Counted from the first letter of the stretch, positions 1 to 8,467 are shown. The stretch: 44,835 bases of DNA from Parcubacteria group bacterium (GCA_035438705.1 DAORIV010000002.1:1-44835), one strand, 5' to 3'. Program-made: numbers and translations. The notes: a model not told the origin generated them from the letters alone.

Positions 1-2
1 GG

Positions 3-602
3 GTGAAAAATAATTTCTCCAAGCCATACATAGAAATATGGCTGGAGTTAAACGGCGTGTGTGTAAACAGTGTGGACCCCTTACCTAAAACAACATACTC
101 ATCTGTACAGAAAACTCGCTCGTTTCATCCAAACACAAACGACAAAGTATTTCTTTTATCGCAAATATCCAAACACACAGAGGAGGCTTGTCGCAAAGCT
201 CGGCATTATAACCTTGTGCCGAAAAAGTTTTCTTTCTTTTTGAAAACAAAAGATTTTAAATATTTTTCGCATACAGTAGTTCTTTCGGCACCAACCAACG
301 CACCAGAAACTCTAGTCAGTATCGCTAAGTTTCATTTTGCAAAACTCTGGCGCACAGGTGTGCTGTACCGTACCACAGGAGTCACACTTCACGAGCTAGA
401 ACCAGAGGATGTAAAACAAGGGGACTTGTTTAGCACAGTAGAGAAGGCAACAAAGTTTGAAACCATACATAAACAGATAGACAATCTAGAGAAAAAGTTT
501 GGTAAAGGTGTGGTGCATCTCGGCAGTACCGACAAAGCAATAAAAACTAAAACACTCGGGACCGACTCGGATGATCTCGATAGGGACTTACTTTTCCTAT
601 AA
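3..602 (+). CDS. Y-family DNA polymerase (DinB/UmuC-like), C-terminal part; the 5' end lies outside the window
   Basis: The ORF is open to the left window edge. Its C-terminal region resembles Y-family polymerases (RTTGVTLHELEPEDVKQGDLF-type segment). Confidence 0.5.
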   Translation: MKNNFSKPYIEIWLELNGVCVNSVDPLPKTTYSSVQKTRSFHPNTNDKVFLLSQISKHTEEACRKARHYNLVPKKFSFFLKTKDFKYFSHTVVLSAPTNAPETLVSIAKFHFAKLWRTGVLYRTTGVTLHELEPEDVKQGDLFSTVEKATKFETIHKQIDNLEKKFGKGVVHLGSTDKAIKTKTLGTDSDDLDRDLLFL

Positions 603-618
603 GTGGTACAATGTAGAT

Positions 619-1332
619 ATGAAAACAACAACCAAAATCATCATAATTCTTGTGGTTCTAGTATCTTTGGTTTACCTGTTTAACAGGCAAAATAGTGCTG
701 ATGTAGAACAAACATCGGATAGTGTGCCGTTACCTTCGGATTTCTTGTCAGTAAGACCTGGAGTAAGTGCTTTGCCTACACAATCTATATCAGAAGAAGA
801 AAAGCAAGGTTTACTATATATGCGAGAGGAGGAGAAACTAGCTCGAGATGTTTACATAACACTATTCGAGAAGTGGGGAGTGCCAATATTTTCAAATATT
901 TCACAAAGTGAACAAACTCACACCGAAGCCGTGCGAGCGATACTTGTGAAATATAATATTAAAGATCCGGTAACTAACGATGCTGTGGGAGTGTTTGTAA
1001 ATGCAGAACTGAAAAAACTTTTTGATGATCTAGTAAAAAGAGGAGAAGTTTCTGTAGAAGAAGCACTGTCTGTCGGGGCGTTTATTGAAGACCTAGACAT
1101 AAAAGATTTACAAAATAATATTTCTAAAACAGATAACGAGGATATCAAACTGGTATATGAAAACTTGATGCGAGGATCTAGAAACCATTTGAGGTCTTTT
1201 GTTTCTCAGTTGAAGTCTCGAGGAGTTACATATAAGCCAGAATACATAACAGCGCAGGAGTATGAAAGCATAATAGCGTCACCGAAAGAAACTGGTTCAG
1301 GCGGAACTGGAAGAGGCTGGGGGAATAATTAA
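619..1332 (+). CDS. Membrane-anchored ferritin-like DUF2202 family protein
   Basis: An internal ATG at 619 gives MKTTTKIIIILVVLVSLVYLF (an N-terminal TM anchor). The segment EEEKQGLLYMREEEKLARDVYITLFEKWG..SQSEQTHTEAV is typical of DUF2202. Confidence 0.65.
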   Translation: MKTTTKIIIILVVLVSLVYLFNRQNSADVEQTSDSVPLPSDFLSVRPGVSALPTQSISEEEKQGLLYMREEEKLARDVYITLFEKWGVPIFSNISQSEQTHTEAVRAILVKYNIKDPVTNDAVGVFVNAELKKLFDDLVKRGEVSVEEALSVGAFIEDLDIKDLQNNISKTDNEDIKLVYENLMRGSRNHLRSFVSQLKSRGVTYKPEYITAQEYESIIASPKETGSGGTGRGWGNN

Positions 1333-1350
1333 CTTTTAATAAAAATAAAA

Positions 1351-1389
1351 CCACCTCCCGAACAGCAACATATGTGCTGGGGGAGGTGG
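1351..1389 (-). terminator. Intrinsic terminator of the GC-rich gene 1393-1839; hairpin shared with the convergent + gene
   Basis: CCACCTCCC..CAGCA acatatg TGCTG GGGAGGTGG hairpin. On the minus strand it is followed by TTTTATTTTTATT. Confidence 0.6.
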
Positions 1390-1392
1390 GGT

Positions 1393-1839
1393 CTAGCGAA
1401 GGGCTTGCGCCACTGCGTTTGCGTCGGCGTTGTCGACGGTGACGATGAGAACATCGCGCTTCCCGAAGAACATCATGTTCTCGGTGTAGCATGACGCCTG
1501 CAGAACGTTGCGAGCGACGCTTCCTCGGATCTTGCGAAGGGGAGCAGGGAGCTCGCTTGAAGCGATCTCCACAGTCTTTCCGCTTGAGTTCAGGATCCAG
1601 ATGGACCCTGACTTCTCGTCCTGGCCGATGGGCATCGTCTTCGGACGGAAGGTGACGATGCCCGATGCCGAGTGGTTGCCGAGCTTCTTCTCGAAGCTCT
1701 CACACATCCCCGCAAACGACTCGTCGCTTACGGTGACCATCGGCACGTAGGACGTGGTGTCCACCGTGATCTCGGTCTGAGCGCCAGCCTTTCCGTGAAT
1801 CGCCAGAGTGAAAAGGGCGAAGAACAGTACGGTTTTCAT
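1393..1839 (-). CDS. Secreted hypothetical protein, the strongest GC-rich outlier in the window
   Basis: 148-aa ORF with signal peptide MKTVLFFALFTLAIHGKAGAQ and SD GGAGGA 6 nt before the ATG. Its own promoter and terminator are present. G+C is by eye in the mid-50s percent, against AT-rich flanks. Confidence 0.7.
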   Translation of the reverse strand: MKTVLFFALFTLAIHGKAGAQTEITVDTTSYVPMVTVSDESFAGMCESFEKKLGNHSASGIVTFRPKTMPIGQDEKSGSIWILNSSGKTVEIASSELPAPLRKIRGSVARNVLQASCYTENMMFFGKRDVLIVTVDNADANAVAQALR

Positions 1840-1857
1840 GCGTATCCTCCGTGTATA

Positions 1858-1886
1858 ATAATAGCATATTTAATGCTAAAAGTCAA
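1858..1886 (-). promoter_or_regulatory. Sigma-70-type promoter for 1393-1839
   Basis: Minus strand reads TTGACT (1886-1881), a 17-nt spacer, then TATTAT (1863-1858), followed by an SD-containing leader. Confidence 0.45.
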
Positions 1887-1907
1887 TAGTATAAAAAAGT
1901 ACCTAAT

Positions 1908-2336
1908 TTACTTATCTGAAGAAAAATTTTTTTGTTGAATAAAAAATAATGTGATTATAGTCGCACCGCAGAACCAAATAATCCATGCAGTTGCAAACAT
2001 GAGTGTCTCACCAGTGGCTTGATACATTTCAGGTTTATAAGTAAGTGTTAAACCATGTAGTAATCCAACTACTGCTACTATTAAGTTAATAGCAGGATAA
2101 ACTTGCTTCTCTGTTAGCTTTAAAACTTTTGTTACACCTTTTATTGCAAGGAAAGTTACCGGGAAACTAAAGATAAAAATTATAAGGCTTCCCATTCCAC
2201 CCCAGTATGAAAAATAGTTAAAGAGTCTAACAATACGAATGCCGTTGTACCAAAATACCAAAGAAAGTAACAGTAATACCGGAAGTTGCCAAGAAACAAA
2301 ACCAAACTTATTAAAAAAATTATTCATTAATATCAT
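1908..2336 (-). CDS. Integral membrane protein, hypothetical
   Basis: 142-aa ORF with about 4 hydrophobic helices and AT-rich composition like the housekeeping genes. Confidence 0.5.
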   Translation of the reverse strand: MILMNNFFNKFGFVSWQLPVLLLLSLVFWYNGIRIVRLFNYFSYWGGMGSLIIFIFSFPVTFLAIKGVTKVLKLTEKQVYPAINLIVAVVGLLHGLTLTYKPEMYQATGETLMFATAWIIWFCGATIITLFFIQQKNFSSDK

Positions 2337-2391
2337 TATAAAGGTTATTCCATTTATTATCCAAGCTAATTTTTGCTACAATATAGTCTAT

Positions 2392-3297
2392 ATGAAAAAA
2401 ATAATACCGCATTTATGGTTTGATAAGGAGGCGAAAGAATCTGCAGAGTTTTATGTATCTGTTTTTCCTAATTCAAAAATTAAAAATCATAGTGTAATAA
2501 AAGGCACTCCAAGTGGTGACTGCGATATTATGTCTTATGACCTCGGTGGTGAACCATTTATGTCTATATCGGCGGGACCATACTTTAAAATAAACCCATC
2601 GGTTTCTTTCATGGTGAATTTTGATCCTAGTAAAGATCCAAATGCAAAAGAGAATCTTACTAAGACTTGGGAGAAACTTGTGGAAGGTGGAAAGGTGATG
2701 ATGGAGCTAGCTGAATATCCGTTTAGTAAATGGTACGGTTTCTGTGAAGATAAGTACGGTGTTTCATGGCAACTTATTCTGACTAACCCTGGTGGAGAAG
2801 ACAGACCATTTATTATTCCTTCACTTCTTTTTGTTGGGGCGTCATATGGAAAAGCAGAGACAGCGGTGGACTACTATCTTTCAGTTTTCAAAGATTCTAA
2901 GTTGGGCACAAGAGTTAAATATGAAACTGATCAGGGTCCAAATAAGGCTGGAACAGTTATGTTTTCAGATTTTAAACTTTGGGAAACTTGGTTTACTGCT
3001 ATGGATGGAGGGGGCGAACACAAGTTTGCTTTTAATGAGGCAATTTCTTTTATTGTGAATTGCGAAACTCAGGAAGAAATAGACTACTTTTGGGAAAAAC
3101 TTTCAGCTGTGCCAGAAGCAGAGCAATGTGGCTGGCTTAAAGATAAGTTCGGGGTTTCTTGGCAGATAGTTCCGACAAGAATGAATGAAATGATGGGTAA
3201 GGGAACTCCAGAACAGAACAAACGTGTGACTGAGGCATTTCTGAAAATGAAAAAGTTTGATATTAAAAAATTAGAAGAAGCATATAATAATCAATAA
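2392..3297 (+). CDS. Two-domain VOC/PhnB-like (3-demethylubiquinone-9 3-methyltransferase domain, PF06983-type) protein
   Basis: The IIPHLWFDKEAKESAEFYVSVFPNSKI signature is repeated as FIIPSLLFVGASYGKAETAVDYYLSVFKDSKL. The start is moved to ATG 2392, which lies 9 nt after TGcTACAAT. Confidence 0.7.
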   Translation: MKKIIPHLWFDKEAKESAEFYVSVFPNSKIKNHSVIKGTPSGDCDIMSYDLGGEPFMSISAGPYFKINPSVSFMVNFDPSKDPNAKENLTKTWEKLVEGGKVMMELAEYPFSKWYGFCEDKYGVSWQLILTNPGGEDRPFIIPSLLFVGASYGKAETAVDYYLSVFKDSKLGTRVKYETDQGPNKAGTVMFSDFKLWETWFTAMDGGGEHKFAFNEAISFIVNCETQEEIDYFWEKLSAVPEAEQCGWLKDKFGVSWQIVPTRMNEMMGKGTPEQNKRVTEAFLKMKKFDIKKLEEAYNNQ

Positions 3298-3307
3298 AAT
3301 ATAAAAT

Positions 3308-3763
3308 ATGAAAAAATTAAATTTAGATATACATATAAATGCAAGTCAGGAAAAAGTTTGGGATACAATAGTAGATGATAAAAAATACCGAGAGTGGACA
3401 TCTGTGTTTCAACCAACATCTTACTTTGAAGGTGGCTGGAATACTGGAGACAAAATATATTTTATTGGCATAGATGAAAAGGGTGAGAAAGGTGGAATGG
3501 TTTCAGAAATAGCAGAAAGCAGGAAGCCAGAATATATTTCAATAAGACACTTGGGATACATGCAAAATGGTGTTGAAGATACTACAAGTGATGCAGTAAA
3601 AGCATGGACCCCAGCATACGAGAACTACACCATAGAAAAAGAAGGAGAAGGTTCAAAATTTATTTTGATGCAAGACATAGAGGACCAATATGAACAAATG
3701 TTTGGAGAAATGTGGCCAAAAGCGATGGAGAAGATAAAAGAAATCTCTGAAAGAGTTGATTAA
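3308..3763 (+). CDS. SRPBCC/AHSA1-like domain protein
   Basis: N-terminus LDIHINASQEKVWDTIVDDKKYREWTSVF is typical of the SRPBCC (Aha1/START-like) fold family. Confidence 0.65.
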   Translation: MKKLNLDIHINASQEKVWDTIVDDKKYREWTSVFQPTSYFEGGWNTGDKIYFIGIDEKGEKGGMVSEIAESRKPEYISIRHLGYMQNGVEDTTSDAVKAWTPAYENYTIEKEGEGSKFILMQDIEDQYEQMFGEMWPKAMEKIKEISERVD

Positions 3764-3765
3764 AA

Positions 3766-4692
3766 ATGAGCAGAATAATTAACTATATTTTTCTTGGGAC
3801 AGTTCTAGTTGTAGGTTTTGTCTACAAAGATGTTCTTTCGAATGTGTGGATTCAATCTTTTAACAGATACTTTCCGTGTAAGTATCCTATATCATATTCA
3901 ATAGGTAGCTTTGATACTAGGTTTGGTATTAGTGAAGAGTTTTTCTTGGAAGCTTTGAAAGATGCTGAGAAAATGTGGGAAACTTCGATAAACAAAGATT
4001 TATTTAGATACAAGGAAGACGGAGGACTTAAGGTGAATTTAATTTTTGATGAGAGACAGCAAGTGACTACAGAGTTGAAAAAAATAGAGAATAATGTGGA
4101 GAACACGAAAAGTAACTATGATTCTCTTAAAATAGAATACGATAAGCTCGTTGCAAATTATGAAATAGAGAAAAAACAATATCAGCTGAGACTGTCAGCT
4201 TTTGAAAGTAAAAAAGATGCCTATGATGCAGAAGTTGCAAAAGTAAATAGTCGCGGTGGTGGCAACAAAGAAACAGTTGCAAGACTAAATACAGAAAAAA
4301 ACTACTTAATAAGTGAAATGAACTCATTGAATTCTCTTCAATACAAATTAAACAATGATGTAAAGAAAATAAATTCACTTTCTGAAACCTTAAACACATT
4401 AGTAAAAAATTTGAATTTGAATGTAAACAAGTTCAACACTATTGGTGATTCTTTAGGAGAAGAGTTTGAAGAGGGGGTGTATGTTAGTGATAGAGAAGGA
4501 AGAAAAATAGACATATATCAGTTTGATAACCGAACAAAACTTGTAAGACTTCTTGCGCACGAACTCGGACATGCTTTGGGACTAGATCATAATGATGATT
4601 CGAAGGCTATAATGTATAGACTAAACAATGGTGTAAATGAAAAACTAACAGCTACAGATTTAATGGATTTGAAAGAACTTTGTGGTATTTAA
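3766..4692 (+). CDS. Membrane-anchored zincin metalloprotease (matrixin-like HExxHxxGxxH) with a central coiled coil
   Basis: HELGHALGLDH motif, an N-terminal TM helix, and a long heptad-like K/E/N-rich middle region. It starts 3 nt after the previous stop. Confidence 0.75.
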   Translation: MSRIINYIFLGTVLVVGFVYKDVLSNVWIQSFNRYFPCKYPISYSIGSFDTRFGISEEFFLEALKDAEKMWETSINKDLFRYKEDGGLKVNLIFDERQQVTTELKKIENNVENTKSNYDSLKIEYDKLVANYEIEKKQYQLRLSAFESKKDAYDAEVAKVNSRGGGNKETVARLNTEKNYLISEMNSLNSLQYKLNNDVKKINSLSETLNTLVKNLNLNVNKFNTIGDSLGEEFEEGVYVSDREGRKIDIYQFDNRTKLVRLLAHELGHALGLDHNDDSKAIMYRLNNGVNEKLTATDLMDLKELCGI

Positions 4693-4706
4693 TTTTCTCA
4701 ATAGTG

Positions 4707-4734
4707 TTGTGTAATATTTTTAGTTGTGTATAAT
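4707..4734 (+). promoter_or_regulatory. Candidate promoter of the first sigma gene
   Basis: TTGTGT (4707-4712), 16-nt spacer, TATAAT (4729-4734). The architecture is nearly the same as the promoter candidate at 5753-5780. Confidence 0.4.
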
Positions 4735-4760
4735 TCTCTCCGGACAAAAAACAAGGGAGA

Positions 4761-5693
4761 GTGCTTTTGTTGCAGATTCATGCAGAGGTTTCAGCTGGAG
4801 CTAAAGAGTTTCCGGTTTACAGTGCAGAACAAGAAAGGGAGATTTTTGCGAGGTACCAGCAGACTCGTGATGTTGATACGAGAAACACGATCTTCATGCA
4901 CAACACTAGGCTTGTAACCCCAATCGCCATGAAGCATTTGGGTAGAAGTCCGGTGATGGAGCTGAAGGACTTGGTTTCAGAAGGAAATCTTGGGCTCATT
5001 AAGGCAATTGATGGTTATCGGTTGTCTTGGGGAACTAGGTTTTCCACTTTTGCCGTTACGGTGATCGATCAAACAATTTCCAAGGCCGTGACGAACACTG
5101 GTCGATGGACCAGGATTCCTGCAGACATGCTGACCAGAATTCGTGAGATGGTTCAGCGTGAAAAAGAGTATCGTGAAAAAAACGGAGAGTATCCGGATTA
5201 CCAGACTTTGTTTGGTTTGATGGATCTTTCTGAAAAAACGTTTCAGACAGTTTTCCATGCCCGTCGAGTCGCAACTGTTACCAGTTTTGAGGATCTAGTG
5301 GACAGGCTAGTGAGTGGAGAAAAAAGGGATGACTTATCTATCGAAGATATTTTGAATCTCGGTACAGACGAGACTGTAATTGGTTTTTCTGCACGACTTG
5401 AAGTGCTGAAGATTATCGAAGGGGTCGAACAGATCCAAAGTCTCGTGAGAGCTCGTTATAGTGCAATTGATGCTGAAATCTATTTGCGCTATTACGGCTT
5501 CAATGATAAGTCGTTCAAAAGAGAGAGCGCCAGTTCCCTTGCTCAAAGGTTTGGGGTTACCAAGCAAAGAGTTGAGCAAGTTAGGCAAACTTGCAACAAG
5601 GCCGTTAGGAAAAACATTCCTGGCGTGATGCTTTGTGATTTCTCTGAAGAAAGGTGGTCGGCACTCGTAGAGCTTTCCTTAGCCTTTTTGTAG
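4761..5693 (+). CDS. Divergent sigma-70 family factor (regions 2-4 present, melting motif degenerate)
   Basis: GTG start 5 nt after GGGAGA. Region 2.2 reads DLVSEGNLGLIKAIDGY and region 4.2 reads SLAQRFGVTKQRVEQVRQ. Region 2.3/2.4 reads FSTFAVTVIDQTISK instead of the FSTYATWWIRQ type. Confidence 0.8.
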   Translation: MLLLQIHAEVSAGAKEFPVYSAEQEREIFARYQQTRDVDTRNTIFMHNTRLVTPIAMKHLGRSPVMELKDLVSEGNLGLIKAIDGYRLSWGTRFSTFAVTVIDQTISKAVTNTGRWTRIPADMLTRIREMVQREKEYREKNGEYPDYQTLFGLMDLSEKTFQTVFHARRVATVTSFEDLVDRLVSGEKRDDLSIEDILNLGTDETVIGFSARLEVLKIIEGVEQIQSLVRARYSAIDAEIYLRYYGFNDKSFKRESASSLAQRFGVTKQRVEQVRQTCNKAVRKNIPGVMLCDFSEERWSALVELSLAFL

Positions 5694-5712
5694 GTTCTTT
5701 TGTGGTTACTTG

Positions 5713-5750
5713 AGAGCTGATGACGCTTCGCGTTGTCAGCTCTTCTGCTT
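5713..5750 (+). terminator. Intrinsic terminator between the two sigma genes
   Basis: AGAGCTGAtGACGC ttc GCGTtgTCAGCTCT hairpin followed by a T-rich tract (tctgctttgtt). Confidence 0.65.
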
Positions 5751-5752
5751 TG

Positions 5753-5780
5753 TTGTGAAATAATTGCAAATATGTATAAT
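5753..5780 (+). promoter_or_regulatory. Candidate promoter of the second sigma gene
   Basis: TTGTGA (5753-5758), 16-nt spacer, TATAAT (5775-5780). Confidence 0.45.
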
Positions 5781-5817
5781 CAATTGTGGAATATGTAGCT
5801 TAATCAAGGGGGTACAG

Positions 5818-6852
5818 ATGCAAGAAGATGTGCTTACAGGGGAACAGGCTCTTTTCGAGCTTGGAAGTGGTGCCAGTTTTCCTTTTCAGGAACAAACTGA
5901 AAATCCTGAAAATAGCAGGAAGGGGTCAGGTCGGATCGACAGACTTCTCAATCACTTAATTATTGAAAAATATTTGAAGGATTGCAGAGAGTTGCCAGTT
6001 TTAGATAAAGATGAGGAGAAGCGACTCTTTGAAGAGTATGTGCAGACACGTGACCCTGAACTTCGTTCTCGACTCATTCGTCACAACCTTCGTTTAGTTG
6101 TGGCTATTGCGAAAAGAACGTCACACATACCGTCTGAACTCATGGACATGATTCAAAACGGTAACATGGGTCTGTTTGTCGCAGTAGAAAAGTTCGATCC
6201 AAAAACTGGAAATGCTTTCTCCACATACGCAACTTGGTGGATAAGGCAGAGCATTTATCGTTGCTTCGAGAAAACTGGTAGGACGATTCGTGTGCCTACC
6301 CATATGTCCACTGAAGTCTGGAAACTCTCAAAGCTTGTGAGAAGTTTCGAAAAAACTCATGGTCGCACTCCAAGTGACGATGAGATTATGACGATGTGGG
6401 GATATACCAAAGTGACCCTTAAGAAGATTCGCAGAGTCGAAGACATAGGTCATGAGGTTTCTCTAAGTCAACCAGTGAAACTCTCCGATAAGACAAACGG
6501 GGGGCTTTCACTGGAGTCACATCTTAGTGTGAGCCACAAGGGTCATCAAATTTCCATTGAGGCTCGTGCTGAACTGGAAACTGCTTTGGAAGAAGTCGAG
6601 CAGTTTAAACAAATAGTGAGAGGGGTTTCACCAGATTATCAAGCAGACAGATTGTTTTGTTTGTTTGGTATCGACGATGATACTTTCGAGCGCAAACTGC
6701 CTGAGGTGGTTGGAGTGAAGTACGGTGTTTCGAGACAACGCATTTGTCAGCATGAAGAAGAAATTTTGCGTCGTCTCAAGATGAAGAGGGGAGAAGTTCT
6801 TCGTCTCCTGGAAAAGGTTACCTTGCTCAGAGAATTGGTTTCCACTTTGTAA
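5818..6852 (+). CDS. RpoD-like sigma-70 factor (short, no region 1.1)
   Basis: ATG 5818 lies 6 nt after AAGGGGG. Motifs present: NGNMGLFVAVEKFD, FSTYATWWIRQSIYR, RTIRVPTHM, and region 4.2 YGVSRQRICQHEEEILRRLK. Confidence 0.85.
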   Translation: MQEDVLTGEQALFELGSGASFPFQEQTENPENSRKGSGRIDRLLNHLIIEKYLKDCRELPVLDKDEEKRLFEEYVQTRDPELRSRLIRHNLRLVVAIAKRTSHIPSELMDMIQNGNMGLFVAVEKFDPKTGNAFSTYATWWIRQSIYRCFEKTGRTIRVPTHMSTEVWKLSKLVRSFEKTHGRTPSDDEIMTMWGYTKVTLKKIRRVEDIGHEVSLSQPVKLSDKTNGGLSLESHLSVSHKGHQISIEARAELETALEEVEQFKQIVRGVSPDYQADRLFCLFGIDDDTFERKLPEVVGVKYGVSRQRICQHEEEILRRLKMKRGEVLRLLEKVTLLRELVSTL

Positions 6853-6875
6853 TAAAGCGAAAGGTTGTGTTAATT

Positions 6876-6915
6876 AGGACTGACAGAGCTTGTATAGGTT
6901 CGTCAGTCCTTTTGT
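6876..6915 (+). terminator. Intrinsic terminator after the second sigma gene
   Basis: AGGACTGAC (6876-6884) pairs with GTCAGTCCT (6902-6910), followed by TTTTGTT. Confidence 0.65.
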
Positions 6916-6931
6916 TATATAATATTTTTCT

Positions 6932-7603
6932 ATGGATATTAAAAATTTATTGTTAGGTTTTTTTGTTACAGGATTAGTAATAGTCGGGGGATATTATTTC
7001 TTTAAAAGTGATAAGTCGGGAGATAATGTGGTGCCACAACAGAATTTGGGTTACAGTACTACAACCCCTATTTTCGAAGACGGTATACTACCTTCGGAAG
7101 ATAAGCCAATTGTTAATGAGCCAATTAAAAAAACAAAAAATATGATTACACTAGAAACAAATTATGGAAAAATAGTTTTTGAAACTTATAATGATGATGC
7201 ACCAAACACAGTAAACAATTTCGTAACGCTTGCTAAAAAAGGTTTCTACGATGGGCTTACATTTCACAGAGTCATAAAAGGATTCATGATACAAGGTGGA
7301 GATCCAAATGGAAATGGAACTGGTGGTCCAGGATATAAATTTGCAGATGAGCTTAATCCAGCAACACCTTCATATAAAGCAGGATATAAAAGAGGTGTAG
7401 TTGCGATGGCTAATGCGGGCCCAAACACAAACGGTAGTCAATTTTTCATAATGCATGCCGACTATCCGCTACCAAATGCGTACACCATTTTCGGTAAGGT
7501 TGTGGAGGGATTGGATGTTGTAGATAAGATAGCTAGTGTGCAGGTTGGAGCAAATGATAAGCCGGTAGCACCAGTAACAATGACAAAAGTAACAGCAGAG
7601 TAA
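6932..7603 (+). CDS. Cyclophilin-type peptidyl-prolyl cis-trans isomerase with an N-terminal membrane anchor
   Basis: FHRVIKGFMIQGGDP..GTGGPGY..MANAGPNTNGSQFFI motifs and an N-terminal TM helix. TATAAT at 6918-6923 lies 8 nt before the ATG. Confidence 0.9.
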   Translation: MDIKNLLLGFFVTGLVIVGGYYFFKSDKSGDNVVPQQNLGYSTTTPIFEDGILPSEDKPIVNEPIKKTKNMITLETNYGKIVFETYNDDAPNTVNNFVTLAKKGFYDGLTFHRVIKGFMIQGGDPNGNGTGGPGYKFADELNPATPSYKAGYKRGVVAMANAGPNTNGSQFFIMHADYPLPNAYTIFGKVVEGLDVVDKIASVQVGANDKPVAPVTMTKVTAE

Positions 7604-7631
7604 CTTCAAATTTAAAACTTCACACAACAGA

Positions 7632-7657
7632 AATGGCACCGTTTGACCGGTGCCATT
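7632..7657. terminator. Bidirectional intrinsic terminator
   Basis: AATGGCACCG tttgac CGGTGCCATT flanked by A-run and T-run, between convergent genes. Confidence 0.7.
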
Positions 7658-7659
7658 TT

Positions 7660-7875
7660 TTATCTACCGCAGTCTCGACACTTTGCTTTGAGTGGTGAGG
7701 GGTCGATAGATACAGGGTACGTAAAGCTGATTCTGAAGAAAAATCCGTCATGAAAAACCAGACTTTTGAAGTGATGTGTGCAAAGGTCCTCAAAGACAGG
7801 TTCAGGGCCCTTTTGGATGGTGAGACGGATCATTTCAGGCAGATAGTCCATATTTACGTTAACATCCTGTGTCAT
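7660..7875 (-). CDS. Small hypothetical protein (71 aa), GC-richer class
   Basis: Strong SD AGGAGGAG 5 nt before the ATG, its own promoter and terminator, and no recognisable motif. Confidence 0.6.
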   Translation of the reverse strand: MTQDVNVNMDYLPEMIRLTIQKGPEPVFEDLCTHHFKSLVFHDGFFFRISFTYPVSIDPSPLKAKCRDCGR

Positions 7876-7892
7876 GTTCTCCTCCTAGGTTA

Positions 7893-7920
7893 AGTATATT
7901 TATTAAACTAGTTCAGTCAA
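7893..7920 (-). promoter_or_regulatory. Sigma-70-type promoter for 7660-7875
   Basis: Minus strand reads TTGACT, 16-nt spacer, TATACT, then a leader with an SD. Confidence 0.45.
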
Positions 7921-7928
7921 ACACTACC

Positions 7929-7958
7929 TTGACTTTTGCTTATAAAAGGTGCTATAAT
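7929..7958 (+). promoter_or_regulatory. Promoter of the RRM protein gene, giving a leader of about 105 nt
   Basis: TTGACT (7929-7934), 18-nt spacer, TATAAT (7953-7958). Confidence 0.5.
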
Positions 7959-8069
7959 ACAACCAATGTAAGTTTCTCAATTGTTTTCGCATTTTCATTT
8001 TGAAAGTTAGAAAAAGGAGAGAGTGCTAGTCGCCTTACAGTTTAAAATAAAGACTAGGTAAAAAAATAA

Positions 8070-8378
8070 ATGGCAAAGAAGCTATATGTAGGAGGAATTT
8101 CATATTCAACAAGTAACGATGGTCTTAAAGACGCATTCGCACAAGTTGGAGAAGTAACTTCTGCAACAATTATCATGGACAAAATGACAGGCCGATCAAA
8201 AGGATTCGGTTTCGTTGAATTCGCTAACGACGCAGACGCTGATGCAGCAATTGCAAAGTGGAATGGTGCAGAGTTAGACGGAAGAAAACTAACTGTTAAT
8301 GAGGCACGACCTATGGAACCAAGAGCTCCAAGAACTGGAGGATTTGGTGGAGGAGACAGAGGAGGCCGATCATGGTAA
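8070..8378 (+). CDS. RRM-domain RNA-binding protein with a Gly/Arg-rich tail
   Basis: RNP2 is KLYVGGISY and RNP1 is KGFGFVEF. The C-terminus reads PRTGGFGGGDRGGRSW. Confidence 0.9.
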   Translation: MAKKLYVGGISYSTSNDGLKDAFAQVGEVTSATIIMDKMTGRSKGFGFVEFANDADADAAIAKWNGAELDGRKLTVNEARPMEPRAPRTGGFGGGDRGGRSW

Positions 8379-8414
8379 TACTCTCCGTTTAATTTGCGAA
8401 AAATTAAACAACAA

Positions 8415-8440
8415 AAAACCCGCTTTAGCGGGTTTTTTGT
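8415..8440 (+). terminator. Intrinsic terminator
   Basis: AAAACCCGC ttta GCGGGTTTTTTGTT. Confidence 0.8.
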
Positions 8441-8458
8441 TACAGCAGAATTTATTTA

Positions 8459-8467
8459 TGGTAAAAT
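8459..8467 (+). promoter_or_regulatory. Extended -10 box abutting the DUF192 start codon
   Basis: TGgTAAAAT ends 6 nt before ATG 8474. Confidence 0.4.

Noticed and set aside
2239-2391. N-terminal extensions of track ORFs: 571-618, 2239-2391, 5764-5817, 13218-13226, 19241-19321(-), 25930-26052, 40664-40762(-), 41192-41236.
   Set aside because: The extensions overlap upstream genes, promoters or terminators and encode implausible sequence. In each case an internal start coincides with the beginning of the conserved protein, and often with an SD or a -10 box.
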